Below, piece after piece: positions 19,769 to 29,481 of a stretch of 64,000 nt of DNA. Every line of letters begins with the position of its first letter. Positions within the stretch are counted from its first letter, which is position 1. Made by a program: the position numbers and the translations under genes. Location of the stretch: assembly GCA_964587855.1 (NCBI GenBank), contig CAZPLT010000001.1, forward strand, positions 83,523-147,522. Direction: 5' to 3'. The DNA is from an uncultured Muribaculaceae bacterium. GTDB lineage: Bacteria > Pseudomonadota > Alphaproteobacteria > Rs-D84. The notes beneath the pieces are model-generated. The model saw only the letters and a program-made list of their open reading frames with translations, made no database searches and was not told the DNA's origin.

Positions 19769-21139
19769 ATGAAGAAAATTTTTACTCTCTTTGGATTGTT
19801 GGTGGTTACTGCTTGTGCTAATCTTGGCAATACCCAGGAATCCGAAACAACATATTCGACCCCAACCGTTGATTATATTGAACAGTTGGATATAAAAACA
19901 TCGACTCAGGCGGATTCTTTCTTGATTCAATTAGCGATGAATTATCGTTCTTATGCTATATTTAATGCCCGCCAATCTGGATATCCAGATATCGGTGAAA
20001 TATTTGCTCAAAAAGCAATCGTGGCATTTTCTGGGGAAACCCCAATGCCTGAATCCGTTGATAATTGGCAGGTCGAAGATCAAGATTTGGGTTTTGAATT
20101 ATCTGGGGCATGCCAAGAATTAATCAACATGTTGAAAAACGATATGACAGATTATTGCCCAATAGAAGCAGCCGAAGCCCAGGCAAAATTTGATTGTTGG
20201 TTGACTGCCGTGACAAGTGGGCAAACCGCAACTGCAAATGAATGCCGTACTAGATTTAATAGTGTAATGGATGTCTTGCGCAAGGGCGGACCAAATGGAT
20301 GTGGAACCCCAAAACTGGCTAGTAAAGCGACACCAAAAAATAATATATCTGTAGAATCTGAATACTATCCAGAACCAATTGCAATAAAACCCAGCCAATT
20401 GCGTGCCAGGGACGGTATTGTGATTGTAAATAATATTAATGTTGATCCTGTCCCTCCGGTTATGTTCAACCAGAATATTTACAGTGGTGGTGATAGAAAT
20501 ATAATTACTGAAAATACTGGTAATAATGAAAAAGTAGTAGAAGAAAAACCGGTTGCTGCTGTAGCAGTTCCCAGCGACACTGTTTCTCGTCAAGAATTTA
20601 TTGAAATGATGCAAGCAATGCGTGAAGAAATTCGTGCAATTAATGAACGCTTGGACAAGCAAGCAAAAAATGAAGATATTGCTGTATTGAAAGTTCAACA
20701 AATTCCGTTGGAGCCAAAACAACATGTAATGGAAGAAGTTTTCGAAGTTCATTTTGACTTTAATAAAGCGATAATAAAACCAGAATATGAAAAAGTTATT
20801 AAAAAATTGGCCGCAACAACCCAAGAAAATCGTAATGTAAAGATTTCTGTGGTTGGTCATACAGATACCAAAGGCTCGCAAAATTATAATTTTGCTTTGG
20901 GTGGACGCCGTGCACGGGCGGTGCGCAATATGTTGGTGAAATACGGTATCCCATCAGATCAAATAGTTATGGTGTCTTCTGGTGAAAATGATTTGAAAGT
21001 ACAAACCAAAGACGGGGTAAGTAATAAAGAAAATCGCCGTGCCCGGGTTATCAAAGAACAAAGATATATAGAACAGCAGAAAGTTAGTGAAGAACTAAAT
21101 TTACCAGAAGAAGAAAAAGTAGAAACAGTTAAAGAATAA
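19769..21139 (+). CDS. OmpA-family lipoprotein (C-terminal OmpA/peptidoglycan-binding domain)
   Basis: Lipobox VTAC. C-terminal VVGHTDTKGSQNYNFALGGRRARAV (OmpA_C signature). Confidence 0.8.
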   Translation: MKKIFTLFGLLVVTACANLGNTQESETTYSTPTVDYIEQLDIKTSTQADSFLIQLAMNYRSYAIFNARQSGYPDIGEIFAQKAIVAFSGETPMPESVDNWQVEDQDLGFELSGACQELINMLKNDMTDYCPIEAAEAQAKFDCWLTAVTSGQTATANECRTRFNSVMDVLRKGGPNGCGTPKLASKATPKNNISVESEYYPEPIAIKPSQLRARDGIVIVNNINVDPVPPVMFNQNIYSGGDRNIITENTGNNEKVVEEKPVAAVAVPSDTVSRQEFIEMMQAMREEIRAINERLDKQAKNEDIAVLKVQQIPLEPKQHVMEEVFEVHFDFNKAIIKPEYEKVIKKLAATTQENRNVKISVVGHTDTKGSQNYNFALGGRRARAVRNMLVKYGIPSDQIVMVSSGENDLKVQTKDGVSNKENRRARVIKEQRYIEQQKVSEELNLPEEEKVETVKE

Positions 21140-21144
21140 AATAC

Positions 21145-21173
21145 TTGACGAATAATAGTTTTTAGGCTATATT
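21145..21173 (+). promoter_or_regulatory. sigma70-like promoter TTGACG-17-TATATT upstream of small ORF
   Basis: Shares the aatacTTGAC context with the rho promoter and the 5464 promoter. Confidence 0.45.
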
Positions 21174-21206
21174 TATAAAAATAAAAAATAATTTTGAGGT
21201 AAAAAG

Positions 21207-21344
21207 ATGGCAGAAATAAAAAAAGGACCCGGCTTTAAAAAGGCAACAACGGCGTTAACTTTTGATTTAATAAAGCATATGAAAAATGCCGGAATTAATA
21301 CATCTGATTTTGTGGGTAAGGAAATTGGTGAAAAAGTAATATAA
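21207..21344 (+). CDS. Small protein (45 aa), unknown
   Basis: MAEIKKGPGFKKATTALTFDLIKHMKNAGINTSDFVGKEIGEKVI. GAGG-like RBS, own promoter and terminator. Below the ORF-track size cutoff. Confidence 0.45.
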   Translation: MAEIKKGPGFKKATTALTFDLIKHMKNAGINTSDFVGKEIGEKVI

Positions 21345-21365
21345 ATTACGGATTCTTATTTTTTA

Positions 21366-21395
21366 ATCCCCCGTCAGGGGGATTTTGTTTTTCTT
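21366..21395 (+). terminator. Rho-independent terminator
   Basis: atccccc-gtca-gggggat followed by T-run. Confidence 0.7.
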
Positions 21396-21420
21396 AAATT
21401 TGTTTATTATTTGAAAATAC

Positions 21421-21449
21421 TTGACTTTCAAGGCTTTTTTAGCTATTAT
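21421..21449 (+). promoter_or_regulatory. rho promoter TTGACT-17-TATTAT, followed by a leader palindrome ggtgcag-ttc-tgcacc (21465-21481)
   Basis: Near-consensus spacing. The 7-bp inverted repeat lies in the 5'UTR, ~20 nt before the rho start codon. Confidence 0.55.
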
Positions 21450-21501
21450 GTAACTATCAAATCGGGTGCAGTTCTGCACCAAATTCTCAAGAGGTAAAAT
21501 C

Positions 21502-22770
21502 ATGCACGTTAATGAATTAAAGGCAAAGTCGCCCCAGCAATTATTAAAAATGGCCGAAGAAATGGGGATTGAAAATCCATCACAATTGAACGTCCAGCAA
21601 CTTCGTTTTGCGGTTTTGCGTGTTATTTCTATGGATAAAAAAACAACATTGGTTGGCGATGGTGTTTTAGAACGTATGCAGGATGGATTCGGTTTTTTGC
21701 GCGCGCCGGAATCAAATTATTTGGCTGGACCAGATGATTTGTATGTTTCTCCTAATTTAATTAAGAAATATGGATTAAAAACTGGTGACTATGTCGAGGG
21801 TAAAATAGATGCCCCACAAAACGAATCCGAACGTTATTTTGCATTGGAAACAATTGAAAAAGTAAATGGCGAAGCACCAGAAAAATTGAAACATCGTGTT
21901 TCTTTTGATGATATGACACCATTATATCCAGATAAAATGTTAAAAATGGAAACAGAAAACGATAAGGACAAGGGTCGTTCACTTTCTGCGCGTGTTATTG
22001 ACTTGATTTCCCCAACGGGCAAGGGACAACGTTCTTTGATTGTTGCGCCTCCACGCACTGGTAAAACGGTTATGCTGCAAAATATAGCAAACAGTATTTC
22101 AACAAACTATCCGGATGTCAGCTTGATTGTTCTTTTGATTGATGAAAGACCAGAAGAAGTTACAGATATGAAACGCAGCGTTAAGGGAGAGGTTATTTCC
22201 AGTACTTTTGATGAGCCAGCCGCGCGCCATATTCAGGTTGCAGAAATGGTTATTGAAAAAGCAAAAAGATTGGTAGAAGGCGGCAAAGATGTCGTTATCT
22301 TGTTGGATTCAATCACCAGACTTGGTCGCGCTTATAATACGGTTGTGCCATCCAGTGGTAAGGTTTTAACTGGTGGTGTTGATGCGTATGCTTTGCAACG
22401 TCCAAAAAGATTCTTTGGTGCGGCCCGAAATATAGAAGAGGGCGGCAGTCTGACAATTATTGCGACGGCATTGGTTGATACCGGCAGTAAAATGGACGAA
22501 GTTATTTTTGAAGAGTTCAAAGGAACCGGTAACAGCGAAATTATTTTGGATCGCAAATTATCCGATAAACGTGTTTATCCTGCAATTGATATTACTCGTA
22601 GCGGTACGCGCAAGGAAGATTTGTTGGTTGAAAAAGATATCCTATCCAAAATGTATGTTTTACGCAGAATTATCAATCCAATGGGAACTTTGGAAGCAAT
22701 GGAATTTTTATTAGATAAATTACGCACTACAAAAACTAATGCGGATTTTTTCGGTGCAATGAATACATAA
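21502..22770 (+). CDS. rho: Transcription termination factor Rho
   Basis: N-terminal insertion/OB domains, Walker A PPRTGKT, full-length hexameric helicase core. Confidence 0.95.
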   Translation: MHVNELKAKSPQQLLKMAEEMGIENPSQLNVQQLRFAVLRVISMDKKTTLVGDGVLERMQDGFGFLRAPESNYLAGPDDLYVSPNLIKKYGLKTGDYVEGKIDAPQNESERYFALETIEKVNGEAPEKLKHRVSFDDMTPLYPDKMLKMETENDKDKGRSLSARVIDLISPTGKGQRSLIVAPPRTGKTVMLQNIANSISTNYPDVSLIVLLIDERPEEVTDMKRSVKGEVISSTFDEPAARHIQVAEMVIEKAKRLVEGGKDVVILLDSITRLGRAYNTVVPSSGKVLTGGVDAYALQRPKRFFGAARNIEEGGSLTIIATALVDTGSKMDEVIFEEFKGTGNSEIILDRKLSDKRVYPAIDITRSGTRKEDLLVEKDILSKMYVLRRIINPMGTLEAMEFLLDKLRTTKTNADFFGAMNT

Positions 22771-22789
22771 AAGAGTTAAAACAAAACAT

Positions 22790-22820
22790 AATAACGCCGC
22801 ATTTGCGGCGTTTTTTAATA
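22790..22820 (+). terminator. Rho-independent terminator after rho
   Basis: acgccgc-atttg-cggcgt-T6. Confidence 0.75.
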
Positions 22821-22833
22821 CGAAAGGTAAAAT

Positions 22834-23064
22834 ATGAAAAAAACAATAATTATTTGGGGATTGGCGGGGGTAATAACAATTTCGGCGTATTTTTTTGGAA
22901 AAACACTCGGGAATAAAGAGTGCCAAATAGAAACCGCCAAACAAATAAATATAAAACAAGATGAAATTATAAAAATAAGGGAGAAAATAAATGCGGAAAC
23001 TTTTAATACTGGGGTGTCTGATATTCGTCAGCGGTTGCGCGAAAAATGGACCATCCACAATTAA
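22834..23064 (+). CDS. Small secreted/membrane-anchored protein (76 aa), unknown
   Basis: N-terminal hydrophobic segment. Overlaps the next ORF in another frame. Confidence 0.35.
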   Translation: MKKTIIIWGLAGVITISAYFFGKTLGNKECQIETAKQINIKQDEIIKIREKINAETFNTGVSDIRQRLREKWTIHN

Positions 23065-23176
23065 CACAATTAAAATATGTGAACCAATTTATGGGCGTGA
23101 TTCAGATTGGAATGTAATCAGTGATGATTTTGCGCGAAATATTTATCGGCATAACAGATTATGCCAAGAGCAATAG
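22991..23176 (+). CDS. Small lipoprotein (61 aa), unknown
   Basis: Strong RBS agggag. Lipobox LILGCLIFVSGC. Overlaps the preceding ORF by 74 bp. Confidence 0.4.
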   Translation: MRKLLILGCLIFVSGCAKNGPSTINTIKICEPIYGRDSDWNVISDDFARNIYRHNRLCQEQ

Positions 23177-23178
23177 TA

Positions 23179-24240
23179 TTATTCTGATGCGGCTTCTGCC
23201 TGGGATATAACTGCTTCACCAGCAGTTTTTAAATTAGTTAAATATGTTTTATAACTGGTGCAATCCCTGGAAATTTCGGATTTATAAGAATCGCGCAGGT
23301 TTGAAACCATATAAAAACACCCTTTCAAATGTTGAACACAGTAATTATGGCCGATCAAGAATGCGTTTTGTCCACGCAGGCTATCATCGGTTTCATCCGG
23401 CCAGTCTATATCCAGCGCATCGTTTAAAGATGCCATATCATTTGTGCCAGTATGTTCATAGAAAGTATCCTGCCATAGGTCTTCTAGTTCGGCATCTGTA
23501 ATACTGGTACTGGATGAACCGCCATTTTTTATAACAATTATTTGTTGTAAAATATTTTCTACTTCGGGACGCAGGGTATTGTCTATGTTAGCTAACTCAT
23601 CACTGCAAAAACAACGATTATAAGCAGCGTTTTTTCGTTCACAATATCCATCCATACAAGATCTGTAATCAGCCAAACATTGTGATGTGCTTACCGAAGT
23701 ATCAGAAACAGTGGTTATTGTTGTGTCAGAAGAGCGAGTTGAAGTATCCCCGCGTGAAGATCGTGCAGATACGGTTCTGTTTTGGATTCCCCTGGCAGAT
23801 GAAGAATGTGTTGTGGCGCTTTTTGCGGTTGAACCGCTTCGCGCAACCACTCTCTTGGTGCCCGATGAAGAATATGTTGAACCGCTTCGCGCGACTACCC
23901 TTCTGGTGCCAGATGAAGTAGAAGAATTGGTCCTGGATGTGGTACCGCTGCGTGCTAATTTTGCCCCAGACGTATTGCCAGAACCCGTGGCCGCACGCGC
24001 AAAAGCAGAAGATGTGTCAGGTGTATATTCAGTATTGCTGGAATATAAAGAAGTCTGCATTTTTTCATTCATAAATGGTCGCATTGTATTATAAGTTGCA
24101 GGATTTATGTAATTTGATGCGGTTGCTGATTCGGCATTATTAAAACAAGTAAAAGAAAGTGTAAACAAAATGGCAAAAGTCATCATGCGTGCAAAAAAAG
24201 CATGTTTATAGTTTGCTATTTTGTTTCTTTCAGGGCTCAT
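23179..24240 (-). CDS. Secreted Ser/Thr-rich tandem-repeat protein with Cys-rich C-terminal domain
   Basis: Signal peptide. TRRVVARSGST... ~19-aa repeats (57-bp DNA tandem repeat ~23825-23940). 9 Cys in C-terminal 150 aa. Immediately downstream of a GT-like gene. Confidence 0.55.
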   Translation of the reverse strand: MSPERNKIANYKHAFFARMMTFAILFTLSFTCFNNAESATASNYINPATYNTMRPFMNEKMQTSLYSSNTEYTPDTSSAFARAATGSGNTSGAKLARSGTTSRTNSSTSSGTRRVVARSGSTYSSSGTKRVVARSGSTAKSATTHSSSARGIQNRTVSARSSRGDTSTRSSDTTITTVSDTSVSTSQCLADYRSCMDGYCERKNAAYNRCFCSDELANIDNTLRPEVENILQQIIVIKNGGSSSTSITDAELEDLWQDTFYEHTGTNDMASLNDALDIDWPDETDDSLRGQNAFLIGHNYCVQHLKGCFYMVSNLRDSYKSEISRDCTSYKTYLTNLKTAGEAVISQAEAASE

Positions 24241-24242
24241 TT

Positions 24243-25061
24243 TTATTTTCCAATCCAATATTTTCTGATCCATTTGGTCGGACGAACGTGTCGTAAACCA
24301 AATTTTGCGGTATATCCGTTCATGGCTTCTTCATTAATTGGTCTTCCGTGGAAAATAACAACTTTTGCACCAACTGGTAATTTAGGTGTAATAAACCAAT
24401 TAAATGGGAATTTTAAAAGACAGCAATATTTGAATGATCGTACCCAAGATTTACACATTGGGCATTCTTCGCCGTTCCAAAAGCTGAAAATGCCTTTTTT
24501 ATGCATTTCACGGGACATATAAGCCTGCTCGTGACGCACTTCGTGACGAATTTGTTCAAAATTTTTCTCGAAATAATCCAAAATATCTTGATGTTTACCA
24601 ATTTCAAATCTAAATACGGATGAATTTCCAACAGAATTATCGTTTGCTCTGTCCCTAGAGATAATAAATTTACCAGGTTGACGGAATAAATCATCAATAT
24701 TATCTATGATTACAACGTCCAAGTCCAAGAAAAGACCAATTCCTTTTAAATTTCCCAGTTTTTCAGATAATAATCCCAGTTTTTTCCATCCACGTTCAGG
24801 CAGTCCATTACGTAATTTTACAGGTGGTAATGAAAATGTTTCGATACCCTTGTCTAAGCCTTTGGGATCTTCGGTAAAACAAACAAACCGATGGGGCAGG
24901 GTCAGGTTTTTTTCAACCATACGATACAGGCGATTTACATATTCTTTGCTGAATTTTTCACTGCCATCTTCGCGTCGCCACCACATACAAACTACATTTA
25001 ATTCTTGTTTATTGGCGGATTTTACGGGTTTAACGGTTTTTTTTGTCGTTATTTTTGGCAT
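24243..25061 (-). CDS. Putative GT-A-type glycosyltransferase (DxD-like LDLDVVIID motif)
   Basis: 272 aa, no TM. Acidic motif FLDLDVVIIDNIDDLF typical of nucleotide-sugar transferases. Identity not established. Confidence 0.35.
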   Translation of the reverse strand: MPKITTKKTVKPVKSANKQELNVVCMWWRREDGSEKFSKEYVNRLYRMVEKNLTLPHRFVCFTEDPKGLDKGIETFSLPPVKLRNGLPERGWKKLGLLSEKLGNLKGIGLFLDLDVVIIDNIDDLFRQPGKFIISRDRANDNSVGNSSVFRFEIGKHQDILDYFEKNFEQIRHEVRHEQAYMSREMHKKGIFSFWNGEECPMCKSWVRSFKYCCLLKFPFNWFITPKLPVGAKVVIFHGRPINEEAMNGYTAKFGLRHVRPTKWIRKYWIGK

Positions 25062-25237
25062 TTATCGTCCTTCCTTTGATTTAGATTATAGAACATTATA
25101 TTTATTTATTGCAATCAAGAATTTTTATTATAACATTATTAATGTTATGAAAAATCGTTCGATTTTTTTATCTGTTTTCTTTCACCACGCCTGCGCGGGC
25201 GTGAATTTATAGCTATTTATACTCAGAACAAACAATA

Positions 25238-25253
25238 CTTGCCGAGTTCGGCA
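25238..25253 (+). promoter_or_regulatory. Perfect 7-bp inverted repeat ttgccga-gt-tcggcaa overlapping the putative hisS -35
   Basis: The repeat lies inside acTTGCCgagttcggcaaaatattgcTAATAT, a candidate operator. Confidence 0.35.
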
Positions 25254-25296
25254 AAATATTGCTAATATAAAAAAAGTAAAAAATAGGGAAAAGAAA

Positions 25297-26589
25297 ATGG
25301 ATCTTAAACCAACAAAACCTTTATCTGGATTTATAGAATTGCTGCCGGTTCAACAGCGGTGCTTTGATGAATGCGCCAATAGAATGCAGCAAGTCTTGAA
25401 AACCGCCGGATTTGCACGGTTAGACTTGCCGGCCATAGAACGTGCCGAGGTTTTAACCGATAAAGATAATTGGGACGAAATTGAAACTCAAATGTTTATG
25501 TTTCAAAAGGGCGATACAAAAATGGGGCTGCGGTATGATGGTACTGTCGGGCTGGCTCGTTATGTATCTGGTCACCTGAATGATTTGGTTTTTCCTTTTC
25601 GTGCGTATCAATTTGCCAGAAATTATCGTGGTGAACGTCCGCAAAAAGGGCGTTATCGCGAATTTTATCAAATGGATTTAGATGTTTTGGGTATAAACGA
25701 GCTGTCATTAAATTATGATGCTGAAATTGTTGCTGTTTTGGCACGAGCCTATGAATCTTGTCGTGAATTTATTGGTGGGACTAATATTCGTGTTGGTTCA
25801 CGCCCATTTTGGAATGCTTTTTTTGAATTATTGGGTTTGTCCAAAGAACAATCCAGGGCAGCGTTTGTTTTAATAGATAAAAAAGACAAATTGGATGATT
25901 TTCAGGGCGCTTTGGCAGAAGAAATCGGGGATAAATCAATTGAAATTATAAAAGTATTTTCAGACGGTTATCAATCATTCTTGAAAAAGAGTGTAAAGTT
26001 AGATTCTGCTATTTCTGAAATGGATAAATTCATGAAACAATTGGCAATAATGGGTATAAAAAATGCCAAAATTGATTTGGGAATTATGCGTGGTCATGCA
26101 TATTATACCGGTTTAGTGTTCGAGTTCTTTTTGGATGATTTTCCGTCTTTGGGCGCTATCGGTGGTGGTGGCAGATACGAAGATTTAGCCGGAAAATTCA
26201 GTAAAACCAAGATAATCGGTGTTGGTGCAGCAGTTGGTTTTTCTAGAATAATGATCGCTTTATTAGAAGATAATAAAATAAAACTGAATAAATTTGAATC
26301 TCCAGTAATGGTTTCTGTTTTGGTGATGGGTGAAAATACCGTTCCGTTCGCAATGTCTGTTCTGTCTGAACTGCGTGGGGCTAATATCGTCTCGATTCCG
26401 TATCTGGACGCCGATAAAAAGTTCAAAAATCAAATAGAGTTTGCTGATAAAATAAAAAGCAAATTCAGTATAATAGTAGGAGAAGATGAAGTTAAATCTA
26501 ATACTGTTACAGTCAAAGATATGGTTACTGGTAAACAGCAAAATTTACCATTATCTGATGCAATTAATATGTTAAAGAAAGTAAAATGA
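25297..26589 (+). CDS. hisS: Histidyl-tRNA synthetase (class II)
   Basis: Motif 3-like AIGGGGRYEDL. C-terminal anticodon-binding alpha/beta domain. ~430 aa. Somewhat divergent N-terminus. Confidence 0.7.
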   Translation: MDLKPTKPLSGFIELLPVQQRCFDECANRMQQVLKTAGFARLDLPAIERAEVLTDKDNWDEIETQMFMFQKGDTKMGLRYDGTVGLARYVSGHLNDLVFPFRAYQFARNYRGERPQKGRYREFYQMDLDVLGINELSLNYDAEIVAVLARAYESCREFIGGTNIRVGSRPFWNAFFELLGLSKEQSRAAFVLIDKKDKLDDFQGALAEEIGDKSIEIIKVFSDGYQSFLKKSVKLDSAISEMDKFMKQLAIMGIKNAKIDLGIMRGHAYYTGLVFEFFLDDFPSLGAIGGGGRYEDLAGKFSKTKIIGVGAAVGFSRIMIALLEDNKIKLNKFESPVMVSVLVMGENTVPFAMSVLSELRGANIVSIPYLDADKKFKNQIEFADKIKSKFSIIVGEDEVKSNTVTVKDMVTGKQQNLPLSDAINMLKKVK

Positions 26590-27662
26590 TAGAAAATAAG
26601 CTAAAAGATATTCAAAAACGTTCAACCGAGATAGAAACATTGATGAACTCTGGTAATATATCAGGGGCGGAGCTGTCTAAACTGTCAAAAGAGTATTCTC
26701 GGCTATCGGAAATTATCCCGATAGTTTCCGAATATTTCAAAATCCAGGCCGGAATTCAGGATGCAAATGATATGTTGCGTGAGCCCGAATTAAAATCAAT
26801 GGCCGAAGAACAATTATCTGAATTCAAAAAGTTATTTGAAGAAGTTGAACAAAGACTTCAAATAGCTTTGCTGCCAAAAGACGATGCGGATGATCATAGT
26901 GTTATTATGGAAATTCGTGCCGGGGTTGGGGGTGAAGAATCTGCTTTGTTTGCTTTTGATTTGTTTCAACAATATAAATCTTACTCGCTTCGGTATGGGT
27001 GGAAAATTGAAATCATAGAAGAAAATGCAACTAGTTTGCGTGGGTATAAAGAAATTGTTTTTAAAATTGATGGCCATGGGGCGTATTCTCGCCTTAAATT
27101 TGAATCTGGGATTCATCGTGTTCAACGTGTTCCGGAAACCGAGGCATCTGGACGTATTCATACCAGTGCAGTATCTGTCGCGGTAATGCCCGAAGCCGAA
27201 GAAATAGACGTCGTTATAGAAGAAAAAGATTTAAGAATAGATACTTATCGTTCCCAAGGGGCAGGTGGTCAACACGTTAACAAAACAGATTCCGCTGTCC
27301 GCATAACGCACTTGCCAACCGGCATTGTAGTCAGCAGCCAAAATGAACGTTCACAGATTCAAAATCGTGCTTTTTGTATGGATGTGTTGCGTTCAAAACT
27401 TTACGAAAAACAAAGAATTGAACAAGAAACTTCAAGTAATGCATCAAGAAAATCTATGGTGGGTTCTGGGGATCGCAGCGAAAAGATTCGTACGTATAAT
27501 TTCCCAGAACAAAGGGTCACGGACCACAGAATAAAACTGACATTATATAAATTGGATGATATTTTGGCTGGTGGGGAAGGTTTAGACGAAATGATAGATG
27601 CCGTAATCGCGGCAAATCATTTGGAACAATTGGCAAATATGGGCGAAGACGTTAGTAAATAA
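26586..27662 (+). CDS. prfA: Peptide chain release factor 1
   Basis: GGQ motif, RF1-type PET (PxT) tripeptide. 4-bp overlap with hisS. Confidence 0.9.
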   Translation: MIENKLKDIQKRSTEIETLMNSGNISGAELSKLSKEYSRLSEIIPIVSEYFKIQAGIQDANDMLREPELKSMAEEQLSEFKKLFEEVEQRLQIALLPKDDADDHSVIMEIRAGVGGEESALFAFDLFQQYKSYSLRYGWKIEIIEENATSLRGYKEIVFKIDGHGAYSRLKFESGIHRVQRVPETEASGRIHTSAVSVAVMPEAEEIDVVIEEKDLRIDTYRSQGAGGQHVNKTDSAVRITHLPTGIVVSSQNERSQIQNRAFCMDVLRSKLYEKQRIEQETSSNASRKSMVGSGDRSEKIRTYNFPEQRVTDHRIKLTLYKLDDILAGGEGLDEMIDAVIAANHLEQLANMGEDVSK

Positions 27663-27668
27663 TAGAAA

Positions 27669-28475
27669 TTACTTACATAATATGTTTTTCATTTCTTCTA
27701 CAGGGAAACGTTCCTGGACCCAGCTGTCAGTATCGTACCCTTTCCAACCATTAGCTGATCCACCACTTGGGTTTTTTACCATAGTATTAACTATATTTCT
27801 ATTTGTATCCCGTATCTTTGTATTATAAAACATTATTTCATCTATGATTCTGGAAAGATATTCATCAATTCTGAAACTTTCAGGTTGTTTGTTGCCTTGG
27901 CAAAATTCTTGATAGGTAAGGCATTTGCTGCCTGTATTTATTCTGTATGGATCGTCAAACCCACGTGTAGCATATGCAAATCCCAGCGCAAAACACCAAT
28001 AAGAATAGTTAAGAAAATCACAAGTTATATCCAGTCTTGTATTTGATGGAGCCTTTTTAGCTGCGCTAATTTCCCCGCTAAGGGTTGAGTCATGATCAAA
28101 AAATGCAACATATTTATTATATTTATTTGTGCAATCTTCTTTATTTCCAACAACCGAATCTTTGAGAAAGCTTATATATTCTGTTTTGGTTTGAATAGGT
28201 TGGTCCAAAGTATCGTATTTTTTTGAATAATAACTTGTAGATGATGAATCTGAATCGTTAATACGTGGGGACGATCCCCTGGTGCTAGAAGAAGACGTAG
28301 TTGGATTTGTTCGTGGCATGACCAGCGAACGGACAAATGTAGGCATGTCTGAGTAAAGATCTGAATATGCCGAAGAAAGCAATGATTCTTCAGGTGTTCG
28401 AGAATTTTGCCTTTGTGAAGAAAAAGCTACAATCGGAATAAATAGTAAAGCAGTTAAAGTATAAAGTTTTCGCAA
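27669..28475 (-). CDS. Secreted Ser-rich protein, unknown
   Basis: Signal peptide, S/T-rich low-complexity region, Cys-containing C-terminal domain. Confidence 0.5.
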   Translation of the reverse strand: MRKLYTLTALLFIPIVAFSSQRQNSRTPEESLLSSAYSDLYSDMPTFVRSLVMPRTNPTTSSSSTRGSSPRINDSDSSSTSYYSKKYDTLDQPIQTKTEYISFLKDSVVGNKEDCTNKYNKYVAFFDHDSTLSGEISAAKKAPSNTRLDITCDFLNYSYWCFALGFAYATRGFDDPYRINTGSKCLTYQEFCQGNKQPESFRIDEYLSRIIDEIMFYNTKIRDTNRNIVNTMVKNPSGGSANGWKGYDTDSWVQERFPVEEMKNILCK

Positions 28476-28546
28476 AATCTCCCCCCTTGTATTTATTCTA
28501 TATCACTATATTTTAACAGAAAAATACGATTTTTAAAAGGTTATTT

Positions 28547-28622
28547 TGGTGATCCCAGCAGGAATCGAACCTGCATCTAATTCTTAGGAGGAACTTGTTC
28601 TATCCAATTGAACTATGGGATC
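28547..28622 (-). tRNA. tRNA-Arg (anticodon CCT)
   Basis: Reverse complement GATCCCATAGTTCAATTGGATAGAACAAGTTCCTCCTAAGAATTAGATGCAGGTTCGATTCCTGCTGGGATCACCA folds as a cloverleaf. Anticodon loop CTCCTAA. Confidence 0.85.
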
Positions 28623-28733
28623 AGTGGATATTATTTTAATCCTTAGTTAATATGATTGCAAGCCGAGTATTTTAATCCTATATTATTTTTATAAAAAATG
28701 ATATTATAATGGGCAAAGAATAAGGAGGGAATA

Positions 28734-28883
28734 ATGCCACTTATCAAAGGTTGCACACGCAAAACTATTTCTGAAAATATTCGTACAGAAATCAAGGCAG
28801 GGAAACCACAAAAACAGGCCGTTGCGATTGCCTTATCAATTGCCGACAAAAATGCATATAAATGTGCAACAAGAAAAAAATAA
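28734..28883 (+). CDS. Small basic protein (49 aa), unknown
   Basis: Perfect SD AAGGAGG 7 nt upstream. TATAAT-like -10 upstream. MPLIKGCTRKTISENIRTEIKAGKPQKQAVAIALSIADKNAYKCATRKK. Confidence 0.5.
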   Translation: MPLIKGCTRKTISENIRTEIKAGKPQKQAVAIALSIADKNAYKCATRKK

Positions 28884-28926
28884 AAAATTATTGCACATAT
28901 GTTTTATGCAATGTATGGTATAAAGT

Positions 28927-29481
28927 ATGTATAATTATTTAGATATAAATTTAGATAAACCAATAGTAATGGTTGGTTTAATGGGTGCTGGGAAAACGTC
29001 TGTTGGGCGAATGTTAGCACGTCGACTGGATATTCCTTTTGTTGATTCTGATAAAGAGATTGAGGCCGCTGCCGGCTGCAGTGTGGTTGATATTTTCTCT
29101 TTATATGGTGAAGCAGAATTTCGCCGTGTAGAAGAACGGGTTTTCAAACGTTTGTTAAATTCTCCGCCATATTTAAAAGTTATTTCAACGGGCGAGGGGG
29201 CATTTATTACTCCGACTGTTCGTGAATTAGCGCACAAAAAAGCGATAACAGTATGGCTAAAAGCGGATGTAGATTTATTGGTAAAACGTACGACTTTTCG
29301 TGATACCAGACCACAATTATTAAATGCGGATCCCAAGAGAATTCTTTCTACTTTGATTGCGGAAAGATATAAAATTTATGCCCAGGCTGATATAATTGTT
29401 GAAACAAATGATGAGCATGTTTCAAAAACACTTACCAAAACATTAAATGCTATAAAAAAATATCAAAAGGATAAAAAATGA
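28927..29481 (+). CDS. aroK: Shikimate kinase
   Basis: Walker [10 protein letters not shown]. Shikimate kinase length and LID region. Confidence 0.85.
   Translation: MYNYLDINLDKPIVMVGLMGAGKTSVGRMLARRLDIPFVDSDKEIEAAAGCSVVDIFSLYGEAEFRRVEERVFKRLLNSPPYLKVISTGEGAFITPTVRELAHKKAITVWLKADVDLLVKRTTFRDTRPQLLNADPKRILSTLIAERYKIYAQADIIVETNDEHVSKTLTKTLNAIKKYQKDKK

Noticed and set aside
20120-20881. 253-aa minus-strand ORF rich in Phe/Tyr/Ile/Asn
   Set aside because: It is antisense to the OmpA-family gene. Its composition is typical of AT-rich antisense frames.
28643-28849. 68-aa minus-strand ORF
   Set aside because: The opposite strand has a 49-aa ORF with a perfect SD and promoter. The minus ORF has neither.
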